Assembly (NCBI GenBank): GCA_963733295.1
Contig: CAVTCS010000003.1
Location: 2,624,001-2,688,000, forward strand
Length of the DNA: 64,000 nt
DNA from: Vulcanimicrobiota bacterium
GTDB taxonomy: Bacteria; Vulcanimicrobiota; Vulcanimicrobiia; Vulcanimicrobiales; Vulcanimicrobiaceae
Direction of reading: 5' to 3'
Below, piece by piece: positions 27,658 to 37,500 of the stretch (positions are counted from its first letter, which is position 1; every line of letters starts with the position of its first letter). Made by a program: the position numbers and the translations under genes. The notes under the pieces were generated by a model, which had not been told where the DNA came from, did not search any database, and worked only from the letters and a program-made list of their open reading frames with translations.

Positions 27658-29171
27658 TGTCCGAGCGCCACTTCTACGTAACCACGCCCATCTATTACGT
27701 CAGCGGAAACCCTCACGTCGGACACGCCTACACCTCGATCGCCGCAGACGTCTTGGCGCGCTATCACCGTACCTGCGGTAAGACGTTCTTTCTCACCGGC
27801 ACCGACGAGCACGGGCAGAAGGTAGCCAATGCGGCGCAGCAGGCCGGAATGAGCCCGCAGGCCTGGACCGATCGGCTCGTCGGGAAGTGGCAAGAGCTGT
27901 GCGCTCGCTACGACGTCGTTTACGATGACTTCATCCGGACGAGCGAACCGCGCCACGTCGCGCAGTGCATCGAAGTTTTCGAACGTCTCAAAGCCAAGGG
28001 TGACGTGTACCTCGGAAAATATGAGGGCTGGTACTGCACCAACGACGAGACGTTCTGGCTCGAATCGAAACTCGTCGACGGCCGCTGCCCGAATCCCGAG
28101 TGCGGCCGTGAGGTGCAGTGGCTTTCCGAGGACAACTGGTTCTTCGCGCTGGCTAAATATCGCGACCGGTTGCTCGCGCACTATCGAGAAAATCCGCAGT
28201 GGGTGCGCCCCGAGCGCTCGTACAACGAGATGCTCGCGACGATCGAGGGTGGGCTCGACGACCTCTGCATCTCGCGCGTCAATCTCGAATGGGGCGTCCC
28301 GTTGCCCGGGGGCGGCGTGATGTACGTCTGGCTCGACGCGCTGCTCAACTACATCACCGCGCTCGGTTGGAGCGACGATTCAGAACTCTTTGTGACGTTT
28401 TGGCCCGCCGACGTTCAGCTCGTCGGCAAAGAGATCGCGCGCTTCCACACGATCATCTGGCCCGCCGTCTTGTGGTCGTTGGGCCTGCCGGCCCCGCGCA
28501 CCGTGTTCGCGCACGGCTGGATCACGATCGAAGGTGAGAAGATGAGCAAGAGCCTCGGCAACGTGGTCGATCCGTTCGCGCTGGTCGACCGTTTCGGTGC
28601 CGATGCGGTCCGGTATTTCTTGCTGCGCGAGGCGCCCTTCGGCAGCGACTTCTCGTTCAGCGAAGCCAAGGTTTTGCAACGCCGCCAGAGCGATCTCGGC
28701 AACGATCTCGGTAACTTACTGAACCGTTCCCTCGCGATGCTCGCGCGCTATCGTGAGGGGAGCGTGCCGCCGCGCGGAGAGGGCACGTTCGGGACGCGCT
28801 TCGAGGGGCTTGGCGAGAGGGCCGGAACGCAAATTTCGGCACTCGATTTTCGCGGTGCGCTCGACTCGATCTGGGAACTCGTCGCCGCGCTCAACCGTAC
28901 GATCGACGAACGCAAACCGTGGGAGCTGCACAAGCGCGGCGCAAACGCGGAGCTCGACGGGGTTCTCTACGACGCATGCGAGGGACTCCGCTGGCTCTCG
29001 CACTTACTCTTTCCGTTCATGCCGGAGAGCGCATCCGCGATCTCGCGCCAACTCGGTGGGGTCGGCCCTCCCTCAGGTTCGTGGGAGCAGCAGCTCGTGT
29101 GGGGGAGACTCGAGCCCGGCACGGCCACAAGACCCGAAGCGGCGCAGCTCTTTCCGCGCTTCGAAGAATGA
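27657..29171 (+). CDS. metG: Methionine--tRNA ligase (short form, no C-terminal tRNA-binding domain)
   Basis: YVTTPIYY, HVGH, TGTDEHGQK, KMSKS. Confidence 0.97.
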   Translation: MSERHFYVTTPIYYVSGNPHVGHAYTSIAADVLARYHRTCGKTFFLTGTDEHGQKVANAAQQAGMSPQAWTDRLVGKWQELCARYDVVYDDFIRTSEPRHVAQCIEVFERLKAKGDVYLGKYEGWYCTNDETFWLESKLVDGRCPNPECGREVQWLSEDNWFFALAKYRDRLLAHYRENPQWVRPERSYNEMLATIEGGLDDLCISRVNLEWGVPLPGGGVMYVWLDALLNYITALGWSDDSELFVTFWPADVQLVGKEIARFHTIIWPAVLWSLGLPAPRTVFAHGWITIEGEKMSKSLGNVVDPFALVDRFGADAVRYFLLREAPFGSDFSFSEAKVLQRRQSDLGNDLGNLLNRSLAMLARYREGSVPPRGEGTFGTRFEGLGERAGTQISALDFRGALDSIWELVAALNRTIDERKPWELHKRGANAELDGVLYDACEGLRWLSHLLFPFMPESASAISRQLGGVGPPSGSWEQQLVWGRLEPGTATRPEAAQLFPRFEE

Positions 29172-29177
29172 GCGCGC

Positions 29178-30155
29178 TTAAGGTGAGGCCGTCGCGGGCG
29201 CGTCGCTCGCGTACAGTCCCGGGAAGTAAGCCCGTAACGCCTTGCCCAGATTGGCCGGCGGCGAATATCCCGGCGGCGGCGGGGGTAGCTGTGTGCGACG
29301 CAGCTTCCCGATCTCGGGATTCGCGAACGGGTCTTCCGAAGGCAAGAAACGGATCGGCCACGGGACCCCGCCGCTCTCGTACGTGCCGTCGGCATACGTG
29401 AATTCGTACGAGACGTAGTAGTAGTCGTAACCCCCGTTGTGCCAACCTCTGATCGGAAAGTAGTACCCTTCGCCGTTGCGCATCGGCCCGAGCGCGCCCA
29501 GCATCTGCACGCGATACCGTTTGAACGACGCCGCCGGTGGCTGATTCGGCACGCGCAGCGGATCGTTGGCGCTGCGCGCTTGCGCGATCGTCCGCGAGAG
29601 GTCGCGATTGATCTGCGCGAGTTGCTGCTCGCTGAATTGCGCCGAGTGCGACGAACGCTGCGGCAGGCTGCGCGGCGCCTGATCCGCGCGAGCGACGACT
29701 TTCTCCGGTGAAGGCGTGCGGGGCGGTGCGCTTGGCTCGTCGGTGACCTTGCGTTCGCGAATCGTCTTGGGCGGGTTGGGCAACGCACTGGGAGCCTGTT
29801 TTGCCAACTCGTGCAGCTCGCGCGAGGGCGGCACCACGGCGACCGGCTGGTGCAGGGGATGCGGTATCAATTCCTGACGGGGAATGCTCTGCGGCTGCGG
29901 CGGCCGCGGCACCGCCTTGGGCCGAACGACCGGAACCGGCACGGCCTTCTTCGCCATGCGCGGCGCGCTCGAGATGGTAACGATCTCGTCCTTGTCTTTG
30001 GTTTCGGGTTTGATGTGCGGCGCCGGGAAGATTTTCGTGGCGACGCCGATGACCCAAAACGCGAGCAGAAAGAAGATGACGTGCAGCACGAGCGACGCGA
30101 TGACCGTTACGCGCAGAATGCGCTGGCCGCGCCACTCGTACGTGGTCGTGATCAT
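29178..30155 (-). CDS. TonB/TolA-like protein (TM anchor, Pro-rich spacer, unrecognised C-terminal domain)
   Basis: SLVLH TM motif followed by a Pro-rich region. Confidence 0.6.
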   Translation of the reverse strand: MITTTYEWRGQRILRVTVIASLVLHVIFFLLAFWVIGVATKIFPAPHIKPETKDKDEIVTISSAPRMAKKAVPVPVVRPKAVPRPPQPQSIPRQELIPHPLHQPVAVVPPSRELHELAKQAPSALPNPPKTIRERKVTDEPSAPPRTPSPEKVVARADQAPRSLPQRSSHSAQFSEQQLAQINRDLSRTIAQARSANDPLRVPNQPPAASFKRYRVQMLGALGPMRNGEGYYFPIRGWHNGGYDYYYVSYEFTYADGTYESGGVPWPIRFLPSEDPFANPEIGKLRRTQLPPPPPGYSPPANLGKALRAYFPGLYASDAPATASP

Positions 30156-30172
30156 GCTACCATCCTGGGGTT

Positions 30173-30943
30173 ATGTTCGACACGCACGCCCACATTCACG
30201 ATCCTGCGTTCGACGCGGACCGCAGCCTCGTGCTCGCCCGAGCCCGGGACGCCGGCGTTCGGCGCATCCTGACCGTCGGCACCGACCTCGCCGACAGCCG
30301 GCGCGCGATCGAAACCGCGCTCGCGTACGACCTCGACTTTTCGCTGGGAATCCACCCGCACGAGGCGCACGGCGCGCCGGGCGACGTTGCGGCCGCCTTC
30401 GACGAATTGGTCGCACATGCCGGACGCCCGCCGGCCGCGCTCGGCGAGATGGGCCTCGACTACTACTACGACCATAGTCCCAGGGAAGAACAACGCCGCA
30501 TCCTCGTCGCGCAACTTCGCTACGCCCGCGAGCACCCGCTGCCGCTCATCTTTCATCAGCGCGACGCTTTCGAAGATTTCGTGGGCGTGCTGCGCAGCGA
30601 GTGCGCCGCGCCGATTCTGGGCGTCGTCCATTGCTTCACCGGCGACGCCGCACAAGCCCGGTTGCTCGTCGACGAATTCGGGCTGCGTCTGGGAATCGGG
30701 GGCGTGCTCACGTTTAAGAACGCGCAAACGCTCCGCGACGCGGTGCGCGAAGTCGGCCTCGCGCACCTGATCCTCGAAACCGACGCTCCCTACCTCGCCC
30801 CCGTGCCGTATCGCGGAAAGCGCAACGAACCGGCCTTCGTTGCCGCTACGGCGAGCGCCCTAGCCGAGCTTCTGAGCCTCGCCCCGGAGGCGGTCGACGA
30901 ACGAACCAGCGCCACTGCCGCCGCGCTCTTCGGAGCCCGCTAA
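30173..30943 (+). CDS. tatD: TatD family hydrolase
   Basis: DTHAH, GIHPH, GEMGLDYY, HCF, ETDAPYLAP. Confidence 0.96.
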   Translation: MFDTHAHIHDPAFDADRSLVLARARDAGVRRILTVGTDLADSRRAIETALAYDLDFSLGIHPHEAHGAPGDVAAAFDELVAHAGRPPAALGEMGLDYYYDHSPREEQRRILVAQLRYAREHPLPLIFHQRDAFEDFVGVLRSECAAPILGVVHCFTGDAAQARLLVDEFGLRLGIGGVLTFKNAQTLRDAVREVGLAHLILETDAPYLAPVPYRGKRNEPAFVAATASALAELLSLAPEAVDERTSATAAALFGAR

Positions 30944-31795
30944 GGCGGCCGGCGCCACGCGCCAGCTCGCCTCGAAGTGCCGGGTCAGCGCCGCGAGGAT
31001 CGCCGCGCTCCGAGTGCGCCGGCCCCAGTCGATCGTATGCGGCTCGCCCCCAGTCGCGTTGGCGGAACCGAGCCACGCGCCGTCCGCGGTGACGCAAAAC
31101 TTCTCGTCGCTAAACGAAGCGCGCACTTCCACACCGGCTTCGACGAGCGCGCGCAAAGCGGCGCGTTCGTGTCGTCCTCCAGCACCGCGCACCTCGTGCG
31201 CCGCAACGAGCAGGCGCACGTGCCGGCCACGCCGAGCCGCCCCGAGCAGCGCCCGGAAGACCGGCGATGACGAAAACGATTCGCTCTCGCAGTCGACGCG
31301 ATCGCCGCGCGCCGTGCGGATCAAGCGCGCTTCGCACGCCAGCGCGCGATCTTTGCGCAAAGCGAGCGCCGAGGCGTGCGTCGCGCGGCCGGCGATCGCG
31401 GCGCGCGCGGCGGCGACGTCGCGCTGCGCAGTCGTCCGTACGATCGTATCGTTGCCGCCGGTCCAATTTCGATCGTCCAAAAAGAGCGCTGCGTCGACGG
31501 TCGCCGCTTTCAGATGAAGCGGCGCGCCGGGCGCGTGCGAGAGCCGCACCCGCACCCCGCACGCGCGCAAGGCTTTGGCGGCGGCTTCGTTCTGCGCTCG
31601 TAACGCGGCGGCGCGGGTCGCGTCGCGCGCGTAGGGTCCGGCTTCGAGGCTGACGCTCACCGCGGCGCCCCGCCGGGCGGCCGCTCCGAGCGCATCGATC
31701 AACCGGCCGCTCGCGAGCGTGTACGCGGCGAGATCGACGCGTCGCGCCGTGGCCAGCGCACCAAGGAGCGCACTCCGCGAGCTCAGTTCGAGCAA
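30860..31795 (-). CDS. Phospholipase D superfamily protein
   Basis: HLKAATVD (HKD) and a second degenerate repeat DEKFCVTAD...GSAN. Confidence 0.75.
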   Translation of the reverse strand: MLELSSRSALLGALATARRVDLAAYTLASGRLIDALGAAARRGAAVSVSLEAGPYARDATRAAALRAQNEAAAKALRACGVRVRLSHAPGAPLHLKAATVDAALFLDDRNWTGGNDTIVRTTAQRDVAAARAAIAGRATHASALALRKDRALACEARLIRTARGDRVDCESESFSSSPVFRALLGAARRGRHVRLLVAAHEVRGAGGRHERAALRALVEAGVEVRASFSDEKFCVTADGAWLGSANATGGEPHTIDWGRRTRSAAILAALTRHFEASWRVAPAALAGSEERGGSGAGSFVDRLRGEAQKLG

Positions 31796-31799
31796 TGCG

Positions 31800-32132
31800 T
31801 CAGGCTAACGGAAGCGCGAGCTGTTCCACCGCGCCGGCGACGCCGAGCGCACGCTCGAGCCAGCCGGTCCCGGCGCTGGCAAGGCGCTCGAGCGCCGCGT
31901 GACCGGCCGGCGAGGCGACGAACCCCGCCAAGGCTGCGGCGAGCGTGGCGCTGCCGGCCGGCGAACCGCCGGCCCCGGAGTTTGCGGGCGGCAGGGCGAT
32001 CGAACGCCGGATCTCATCGGCTTGGCGATACGCTGCTTGCGAAAAAGCTCCGAGCCCTCCGACGGCCTGGCCGGCCGCGGCCGCGCCGGACGTACCGAAA
32101 CCAAAGGCGCCTCGCTCCACGCTGACGCTCAT
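31800..32132 (-). CDS. Small Ala/Gly-rich hypothetical protein
   Basis: AAGGAG RBS before ATG 32132; stop lies 4 nt before the PLD gene start. Confidence 0.5.
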   Translation of the reverse strand: MSVSVERGAFGFGTSGAAAAGQAVGGLGAFSQAAYRQADEIRRSIALPPANSGAGGSPAGSATLAAALAGFVASPAGHAALERLASAGTGWLERALGVAGAVEQLALPLA

Positions 32133-32220
32133 GCTCTTGCTCCTTCTCTCGGAAAACGGCTGTGCGGTTTTCAATCCCGCGCAGCGGCATGAAGGACAAG
32201 GCCGCGTCCGGAATCTCCAG

Positions 32221-32928
32221 GTGCTTAAGCACATGCAAAAGTCCGTCTACGTCCGCGAGATGTTCGCATCGATCGCGCCCCGTTACGATGCGACCAACCG
32301 GCTCTTGACCGGCGGCGTCGACGAACGCTGGCGCCGCCGCGCCGTGCGCGAGCTCGCGCCGCCGCCGGGCGGTAGAGTGCTGGATCTCTGCTGCGGCACC
32401 GGCGATCTGACGTTTGCGCTGGCGCGGCGAGACCCGACGCTGCGCCTCGACGGAGTGGACTTTTGCCGTCCGATGCTGGACGGCGCCGAGAAGCGCGCCG
32501 CGCAAAGCGCCCGCGGCGCGCAGATCGCCTTCACCCTCGGTGACGTCATGGCGCTGCCCTTTGACGATGCGAGCTTCGATGCCGCGATCATGGGATTCTC
32601 GCTGCGCAACGTGGTCGATATCGGGGCGACGCTCAAGGAGATCCGGCGCGTTCTCAAACCCGGTGCGCGCTTTGCCAACCTCGACGTCTCGAAGGCGCCG
32701 AACGCCGTGTTCCGGCGCGCTTTCGACCTGTACTTTTATCGCGTGGTGCCGCTCGTCGGCGGACTCGTCGGCGGTTCGCGCGCAGCCTATCGTTATCTGC
32801 CGCAGTCCCTCACGAACTACCCCAACGCCGTCGAGCTCGCCGAGCGCCTTTCGAACGCGGGCTTCCGCGAGGTGCGTTTCGTGCGCCTGGGCGGCGGTGC
32901 GATCGCCTTGCACCTGGGCAGCGCATGA
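32221..32928 (+). CDS. menG: Demethylmenaquinone methyltransferase (MenG/UbiE)
   Basis: MFASIAPRYD..N, VLDLCCGTGD, LPFDDASFD, LRNV, AYRYLP.S; start approximate. Confidence 0.92.
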   Translation: MLKHMQKSVYVREMFASIAPRYDATNRLLTGGVDERWRRRAVRELAPPPGGRVLDLCCGTGDLTFALARRDPTLRLDGVDFCRPMLDGAEKRAAQSARGAQIAFTLGDVMALPFDDASFDAAIMGFSLRNVVDIGATLKEIRRVLKPGARFANLDVSKAPNAVFRRAFDLYFYRVVPLVGGLVGGSRAAYRYLPQSLTNYPNAVELAERLSNAGFREVRFVRLGGGAIALHLGSA

Positions 32929-33920
32929 ACGTCCGCCCGACCGGAGTCTCGCCCGCACCCGCCGATCTCGGCCTGCTGGTCGAGGAATTTTTCGCAAGCA
33001 CGTTCGCGACCGACAATCCCCTGATCACCGAAGCCGTGCGGCGCCTGCTCGCCGCAGGCGGAAAGCGCTTGCGGCCTCGGCTTACCTTGCTGGCCGCCGA
33101 GGCCGGGGGGGCCGATGCGCGCGAACATTTGCCCTTGGCCGCATACATGGAGCTGATCCACGTCGGGACGCTGATCCACGACGACGTCGTCGACCGCGCC
33201 GAAACGCGGCGCGGAGTCAACGCCACCGCAGTCGATTTCGGCAATCGCGTCAGCGTCCTCGCCGGAGACTACCTCTTCGCGTGGATTTTCAAGAACGTGA
33301 CGGCGAACTACGCCGCGCCGATCCCGCACATCCTGAGTTCGACCCTGGCCGACATCACCGATGGCGAAGTCCTGCAGCTGCAGGCGCTCGGCAACTTGGA
33401 TCTCACGCTCGCCGGCTACATCGAGATCGTCATCAAAAAAACCGCCGCGCTCTTCGCGGCGTCGGCCGAATGCGGTGCGCTCGCGGCCGGCGCCACGCCG
33501 CTTCGCGTCAAAGCGCTGCGAGATTTCGGGCTCTACTTCGGCATCGCGTTTCAAATGCTCGACGACCTGCTCGACGTGACCGCAAGCGAAGCCGAGCTCG
33601 GCAAGCCGGTCGGCAACGACCTGCGCGAAAGGAAGATGACGATTCCGGTCATCCTCGCGCTCGAAGCGGGCGGCGTCGATTTCCGTGCGCGCCTCGCCGC
33701 TTTCTATGGAAGCGAGGGCGAGCAGGAGCAGGCGGCCGTCGACGCCCTGCTGGCGCGCATCGCCCAAACCGGGGCCTGGGGTGCAACGCGGGACGCAATC
33801 GCAGGGTACGTCGAACGAGCGCAGCAGTCGCTCGTGCCGCTCGGCTCGGCTCCCGCTCGAGCGGAGCTTTCGGGACTGGCCGGAGCGCTTCTGCGCGACA
33901 GCGCGGCGCGCGCGCGCTAG
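32925..33920 (+). CDS. Polyprenyl diphosphate synthase (HepT/IspB-like)
   Basis: GGKRLRP, LIHDDVVD, KTAALF, FQMLDDLLD, GKPVGNDL. Confidence 0.94.
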   Translation: MNVRPTGVSPAPADLGLLVEEFFASTFATDNPLITEAVRRLLAAGGKRLRPRLTLLAAEAGGADAREHLPLAAYMELIHVGTLIHDDVVDRAETRRGVNATAVDFGNRVSVLAGDYLFAWIFKNVTANYAAPIPHILSSTLADITDGEVLQLQALGNLDLTLAGYIEIVIKKTAALFAASAECGALAAGATPLRVKALRDFGLYFGIAFQMLDDLLDVTASEAELGKPVGNDLRERKMTIPVILALEAGGVDFRARLAAFYGSEGEQEQAAVDALLARIAQTGAWGATRDAIAGYVERAQQSLVPLGSAPARAELSGLAGALLRDSAARAR

Positions 33921-33973
33921 GATGAAGGGGAAACCGGGTCCCGCGCGGGCCGTCCCCGAAGAGGAGCAGGGCT

Positions 33974-34264
33974 ATGTTCGGTAATCCAATGGAAATCGCA
34001 ATTCTCGTCGGCGCGGCCGTTTTGATGTTCGGCGGCGGGAAGATTCGCGAAGTTGCGCGCGGCCTGGGCGCCGCCAAGAAAGAGTTCACGATCGGGCAAG
34101 CCGAGGCCGACATCGCGGCCGAGCGGCTGCGCGCCGAAGCACGCGCTACCGCCGAAGCGCGGGTTGCGGCCGACGCGGCTGCCGGCACGGCCGGCGGAAC
34201 CGCGGCACCGCCTCCTCCAGCGGCTGCGGGCGCCGGGCAAACCCCGACGTCGCCGCAAAGCTAA
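33974..34264 (+). CDS. tatA: Twin-arginine translocase TatA
   Basis: EI..L....LMFGGGKI.EVARGLG...KEF. Confidence 0.88.
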   Translation: MFGNPMEIAILVGAAVLMFGGGKIREVARGLGAAKKEFTIGQAEADIAAERLRAEARATAEARVAADAAAGTAGGTAAPPPPAAAGAGQTPTSPQS

Positions 34265-34282
34265 GCTCGGCGCGCGAGGCCC

Positions 34283-35071
34283 GTGCTGGCCGAACGTCCC
34301 GCGGAGCCGGCTTTCGAATCGAAAGCGGAGTGGGACCAAAAGGAAATGCCCTTCACGGAGCACCTGCGGGAGCTCCGTAACCGTCTGCTCGTTTCCCTGA
34401 CGACCGTGACCGTATTCGCGGTGTGCCTCTTCTGGCCGTCGCAATTCATCATCACCTGGCTCAAGAACGAGTACCTCGGTCCCAAGATAGCGCTGCACGC
34501 GTTCGCTCCGACCGACGTTCTGTTCACCGAGTTCAAGTTCTCGATCTACGCCGCGATCGTGCTCGCGCTGCCGGTGCTGGTGTATCAGGCCTGGATGTTC
34601 GTCGTGCCGGCCTTTCATCCGCGCACGCGCAAGGTCGTGTACATCTACACGCTGCCGTCCATAGTTCTCGCGGCCGGCGGCATCGCGTTCTGTCACTTCT
34701 TCATCATCCATCGCGTGCTGACCGCGCTGCTCTCGATTACGAACTCGGTCGCCGAGGAAACGTTCGGAATCGAGCCGACGCTCAACATCATCCTGCTGAC
34801 GTTCCTGGCTTTCGCACTCGTCTTTCAAACGCCGATGGTGATGGTGGCTTTGGCCCGCATCGGGCTCGTGAATGCCGGCATGCTGCGCAAATATCGCCGC
34901 TACGCCGCCTTCGGCATCCTCCTCTTCGGCGGCATCGCCGCGCCCGACGCGTCGCCCATCACGATGCTGCTGATCGCGACGCCGATGTACGTTCTGTATG
35001 AGGCGAGCATCTGGATCATTCTCTTCCTCGAGCGCGGCTGGCGTCGCGCGGCGAAAGCCGAAGCGCGCTGA
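34283..35071 (+). CDS. tatC: Twin-arginine translocase TatC
   Basis: MPFTEHLRELRNRL, YQAWMFVVP, FQTP, PD, LYE. Confidence 0.95.
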   Translation: MLAERPAEPAFESKAEWDQKEMPFTEHLRELRNRLLVSLTTVTVFAVCLFWPSQFIITWLKNEYLGPKIALHAFAPTDVLFTEFKFSIYAAIVLALPVLVYQAWMFVVPAFHPRTRKVVYIYTLPSIVLAAGGIAFCHFFIIHRVLTALLSITNSVAEETFGIEPTLNIILLTFLAFALVFQTPMVMVALARIGLVNAGMLRKYRRYAAFGILLFGGIAAPDASPITMLLIATPMYVLYEASIWIILFLERGWRRAAKAEAR

Positions 35072-36513
35072 TGTCGGGCAGGAGCGCTGCGTCCGACCGT
35101 CCCCAGCTCTTGGCCGCGCGCTTTCGCGAAGCGATCGACGAGTTGCTCGGGCAGCTCTCGAACTTTTGGTTCGGGATGTCCCTGCTCGCGCTCTGGGGCG
35201 TGATGACGCTCATCGGGGTCGTCGTCGACCAAGGCAAAGACGCCGCGTTCTACCAAACGAACTACACGCCGGCGCTCGCCCGGCTCGTGCTGCGCCTGCA
35301 CCTCGAAAACATCTATCATAGCCCGGCCTACCTCGCGGTCATCGGGCTCATTCTGGTATGCATGACGCTCGCCACGTTCTGGCGCGTCATCCCGGCTCGC
35401 CTACCGCCGCTGCGCGGCGTGAAGATCGCGGCGATTCCGCTCCACGCCAGCGTGCAGATCGACGGCGACGAAGCGACGGTGCGCGCTCGCGTCGAGGAGT
35501 TTTTCGCCGAACGCGGCTGGCTCGTGCGCAAACGCGAACACGGCGGCATCGAGTGGACCTTTGCCGACAAATTCAACTGGGCGCGCAAAGGCGTTCTGAT
35601 CGCGCACGTCGGTTTCGTGCTGATCGCGGCGGGCACGACGCTCTACTGGGCCTTCGGGTACAGCGGCCAGATGGCGATTCTGGCGGGCGGCACGGCGACG
35701 ATTCCCGAGAACGGAACGCGTTTCACCCTCGATCGCTTCAGCTATCGGATCGATCCGATCCAGACGAAGAGCGGGATCGTCTACCAACCGATCGACTACG
35801 TCTCCGACCTGCACGTGGCCGCGCGCAACGGCCCCGCCGAGGCGCAGGTCCTGCGCGTGAACCATCCCCTCGACGTCGACGGCACGCTCTACTATCAGGC
35901 CTCGTACGGTTTCGCGGTCCCATTCACGCTGACCAAGGACGGCCGTCCCCTCCCCAACGTGCCGAGCACGCCGCTCAAAGAAGGCGAAGGGTTCGCGATG
36001 GGCGACACGACGCGCTCGATTCAGTACGCGCGCTTCGTGGGAACGATCGGGCCGGGCAATACGATCGGAGCCGATCCGCGGCCGAACGATCCCGGCGTGA
36101 TCCTCAGCGTTTTCGACGGCGGTCAGCCCATCGGTCAGATTCTCGTGCCGCTCGAGCGCGGCGTCGATCTGGGCGACGGCTATCACGTCCAGGCCGGACG
36201 CTACGTCCTCTACAGCGGCATCCAATACCGGCACGACCCCGGAATACCGCTCGTCGGAATCGGCGCGTTCGTGCTGTTGACCGGACTCTGCATCTGCTTC
36301 TACCTTTTGCCCGCCCGCCTGTTCGTCCGGCTCGATCCAGTCAAAAACGAAGCGGGTCGCGAAACTTGGACGGTCGGGATCGCCGCGACCACGGTCAAGG
36401 GTTACGAGATTTTCGAAGAGCAATTCTACGCGCTCGTCGACGCGCTGCGCGCAGCCGGCGACCTTTCGCAGCACGTCGCGAGCGTCACGAGACCGGTCGC
36501 ATCGCCGACCTAA
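35071..36513 (+). CDS. resB: Cytochrome c biogenesis protein ResB/CcsB (system II)
   Basis: IYHS, AHVG, VNHPL, YQASY, DPG.P.V motifs. Confidence 0.92.
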   Translation: MSGRSAASDRPQLLAARFREAIDELLGQLSNFWFGMSLLALWGVMTLIGVVVDQGKDAAFYQTNYTPALARLVLRLHLENIYHSPAYLAVIGLILVCMTLATFWRVIPARLPPLRGVKIAAIPLHASVQIDGDEATVRARVEEFFAERGWLVRKREHGGIEWTFADKFNWARKGVLIAHVGFVLIAAGTTLYWAFGYSGQMAILAGGTATIPENGTRFTLDRFSYRIDPIQTKSGIVYQPIDYVSDLHVAARNGPAEAQVLRVNHPLDVDGTLYYQASYGFAVPFTLTKDGRPLPNVPSTPLKEGEGFAMGDTTRSIQYARFVGTIGPGNTIGADPRPNDPGVILSVFDGGQPIGQILVPLERGVDLGDGYHVQAGRYVLYSGIQYRHDPGIPLVGIGAFVLLTGLCICFYLLPARLFVRLDPVKNEAGRETWTVGIAATTVKGYEIFEEQFYALVDALRAAGDLSQHVASVTRPVASPT

Positions 36514-36525
36514 ACACGGAGAGCC

Positions 36526-37500
36526 ATGAATATCGATCAAGTACTCATCCTCATCGCGATCTCGGCTTACATCACCGGCACGCTCGCGCTCCTCATCTAC
36601 TTCCTGTCGCGCGAGAGCTGGGCGAAGATGGCCGGCATTCCCTTCGCGTTCATCGGTTGCATCACGCAGTTCGTCGAACTGGTGTACCGCTGGCAAAGCA
36701 GCCACATCTGGCCCTTGACCAACCTGTATGGTTCGCTCTCGCTTTTCTCGGCGATGAGCGTGGCCATCTTCATCGCGTTCGCGCTGCGATACGACTTGTG
36801 GTTCATGGGAGGTTTCGTGCAAGGGCTCGCGGCCGGCTTCTTGGCTTACGCTCTGACGTGGAACGAAGGCTACTTGCCGGCGGTCCCAGCGCTGCAATCC
36901 TACTGGATCAAAATTCACGTGCCGCTGGTCGTCTCGGCCTACGCGGCCTTCATGGTCGCGTTCGTGTCGGGCGTGCTGTACCTGATCAAATACTACGGCG
37001 AACGCTCGATCGGCGGCGGAAAAGCGGTGCGCGCGCGCGCGACGACGGGCGGCGCATCGTTCGAAGTCGGACTCGCGATGCAAGCCGCTCCCGAGCGCCA
37101 GCCGCGCCTGATCATCGGCGGCGACTCGCCGAACTTGGAAACCGCCGCCGCGGCGGGTAACTCGCTCGCGCTCTGGCTGGCCACGCTTCCGACGCTCGCG
37201 AAACTCGACATCCTGACCTACCGCCTCGTCTCGGTCGGCTTGCCCTTGCTCACCGTCGGCATCATCACCGGCGCGTGGTGGGCGAAGGAAGCGTGGGGCG
37301 CCTACTGGCAGTGGGATCCGAAGGAAACCGCCGCGCTCTTTTCCTGGACGATCTACGCGCTCTACATGCACTTGCACACGCGCAACGCTTGGCGCGGGGT
37401 GCGCTGCGCCTGGCTCGCGACCTTCGGGTTCCTCACGATCATCTTCTGTTATCTCGGCGTGAACATCTGGATCAGCGGACTGCACTCGTACAAAATGTAA
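36526..37500 (+). CDS. ccsA: Cytochrome c biogenesis protein CcsA/ResC (system II)
   Basis: WWD domain WAKEAWGAYWQWDPKET, LQSYWIKIHV, GLHSY. Confidence 0.95.
   Translation: MNIDQVLILIAISAYITGTLALLIYFLSRESWAKMAGIPFAFIGCITQFVELVYRWQSSHIWPLTNLYGSLSLFSAMSVAIFIAFALRYDLWFMGGFVQGLAAGFLAYALTWNEGYLPAVPALQSYWIKIHVPLVVSAYAAFMVAFVSGVLYLIKYYGERSIGGGKAVRARATTGGASFEVGLAMQAAPERQPRLIIGGDSPNLETAAAAGNSLALWLATLPTLAKLDILTYRLVSVGLPLLTVGIITGAWWAKEAWGAYWQWDPKETAALFSWTIYALYMHLHTRNAWRGVRCAWLATFGFLTIIFCYLGVNIWISGLHSYKM

Noticed and set aside
30173..31795. TatD plus PLD as an anti-phage module
   Set aside because: tatD is in its usual position near metG, the two genes are convergent, and no defence-island context is present.
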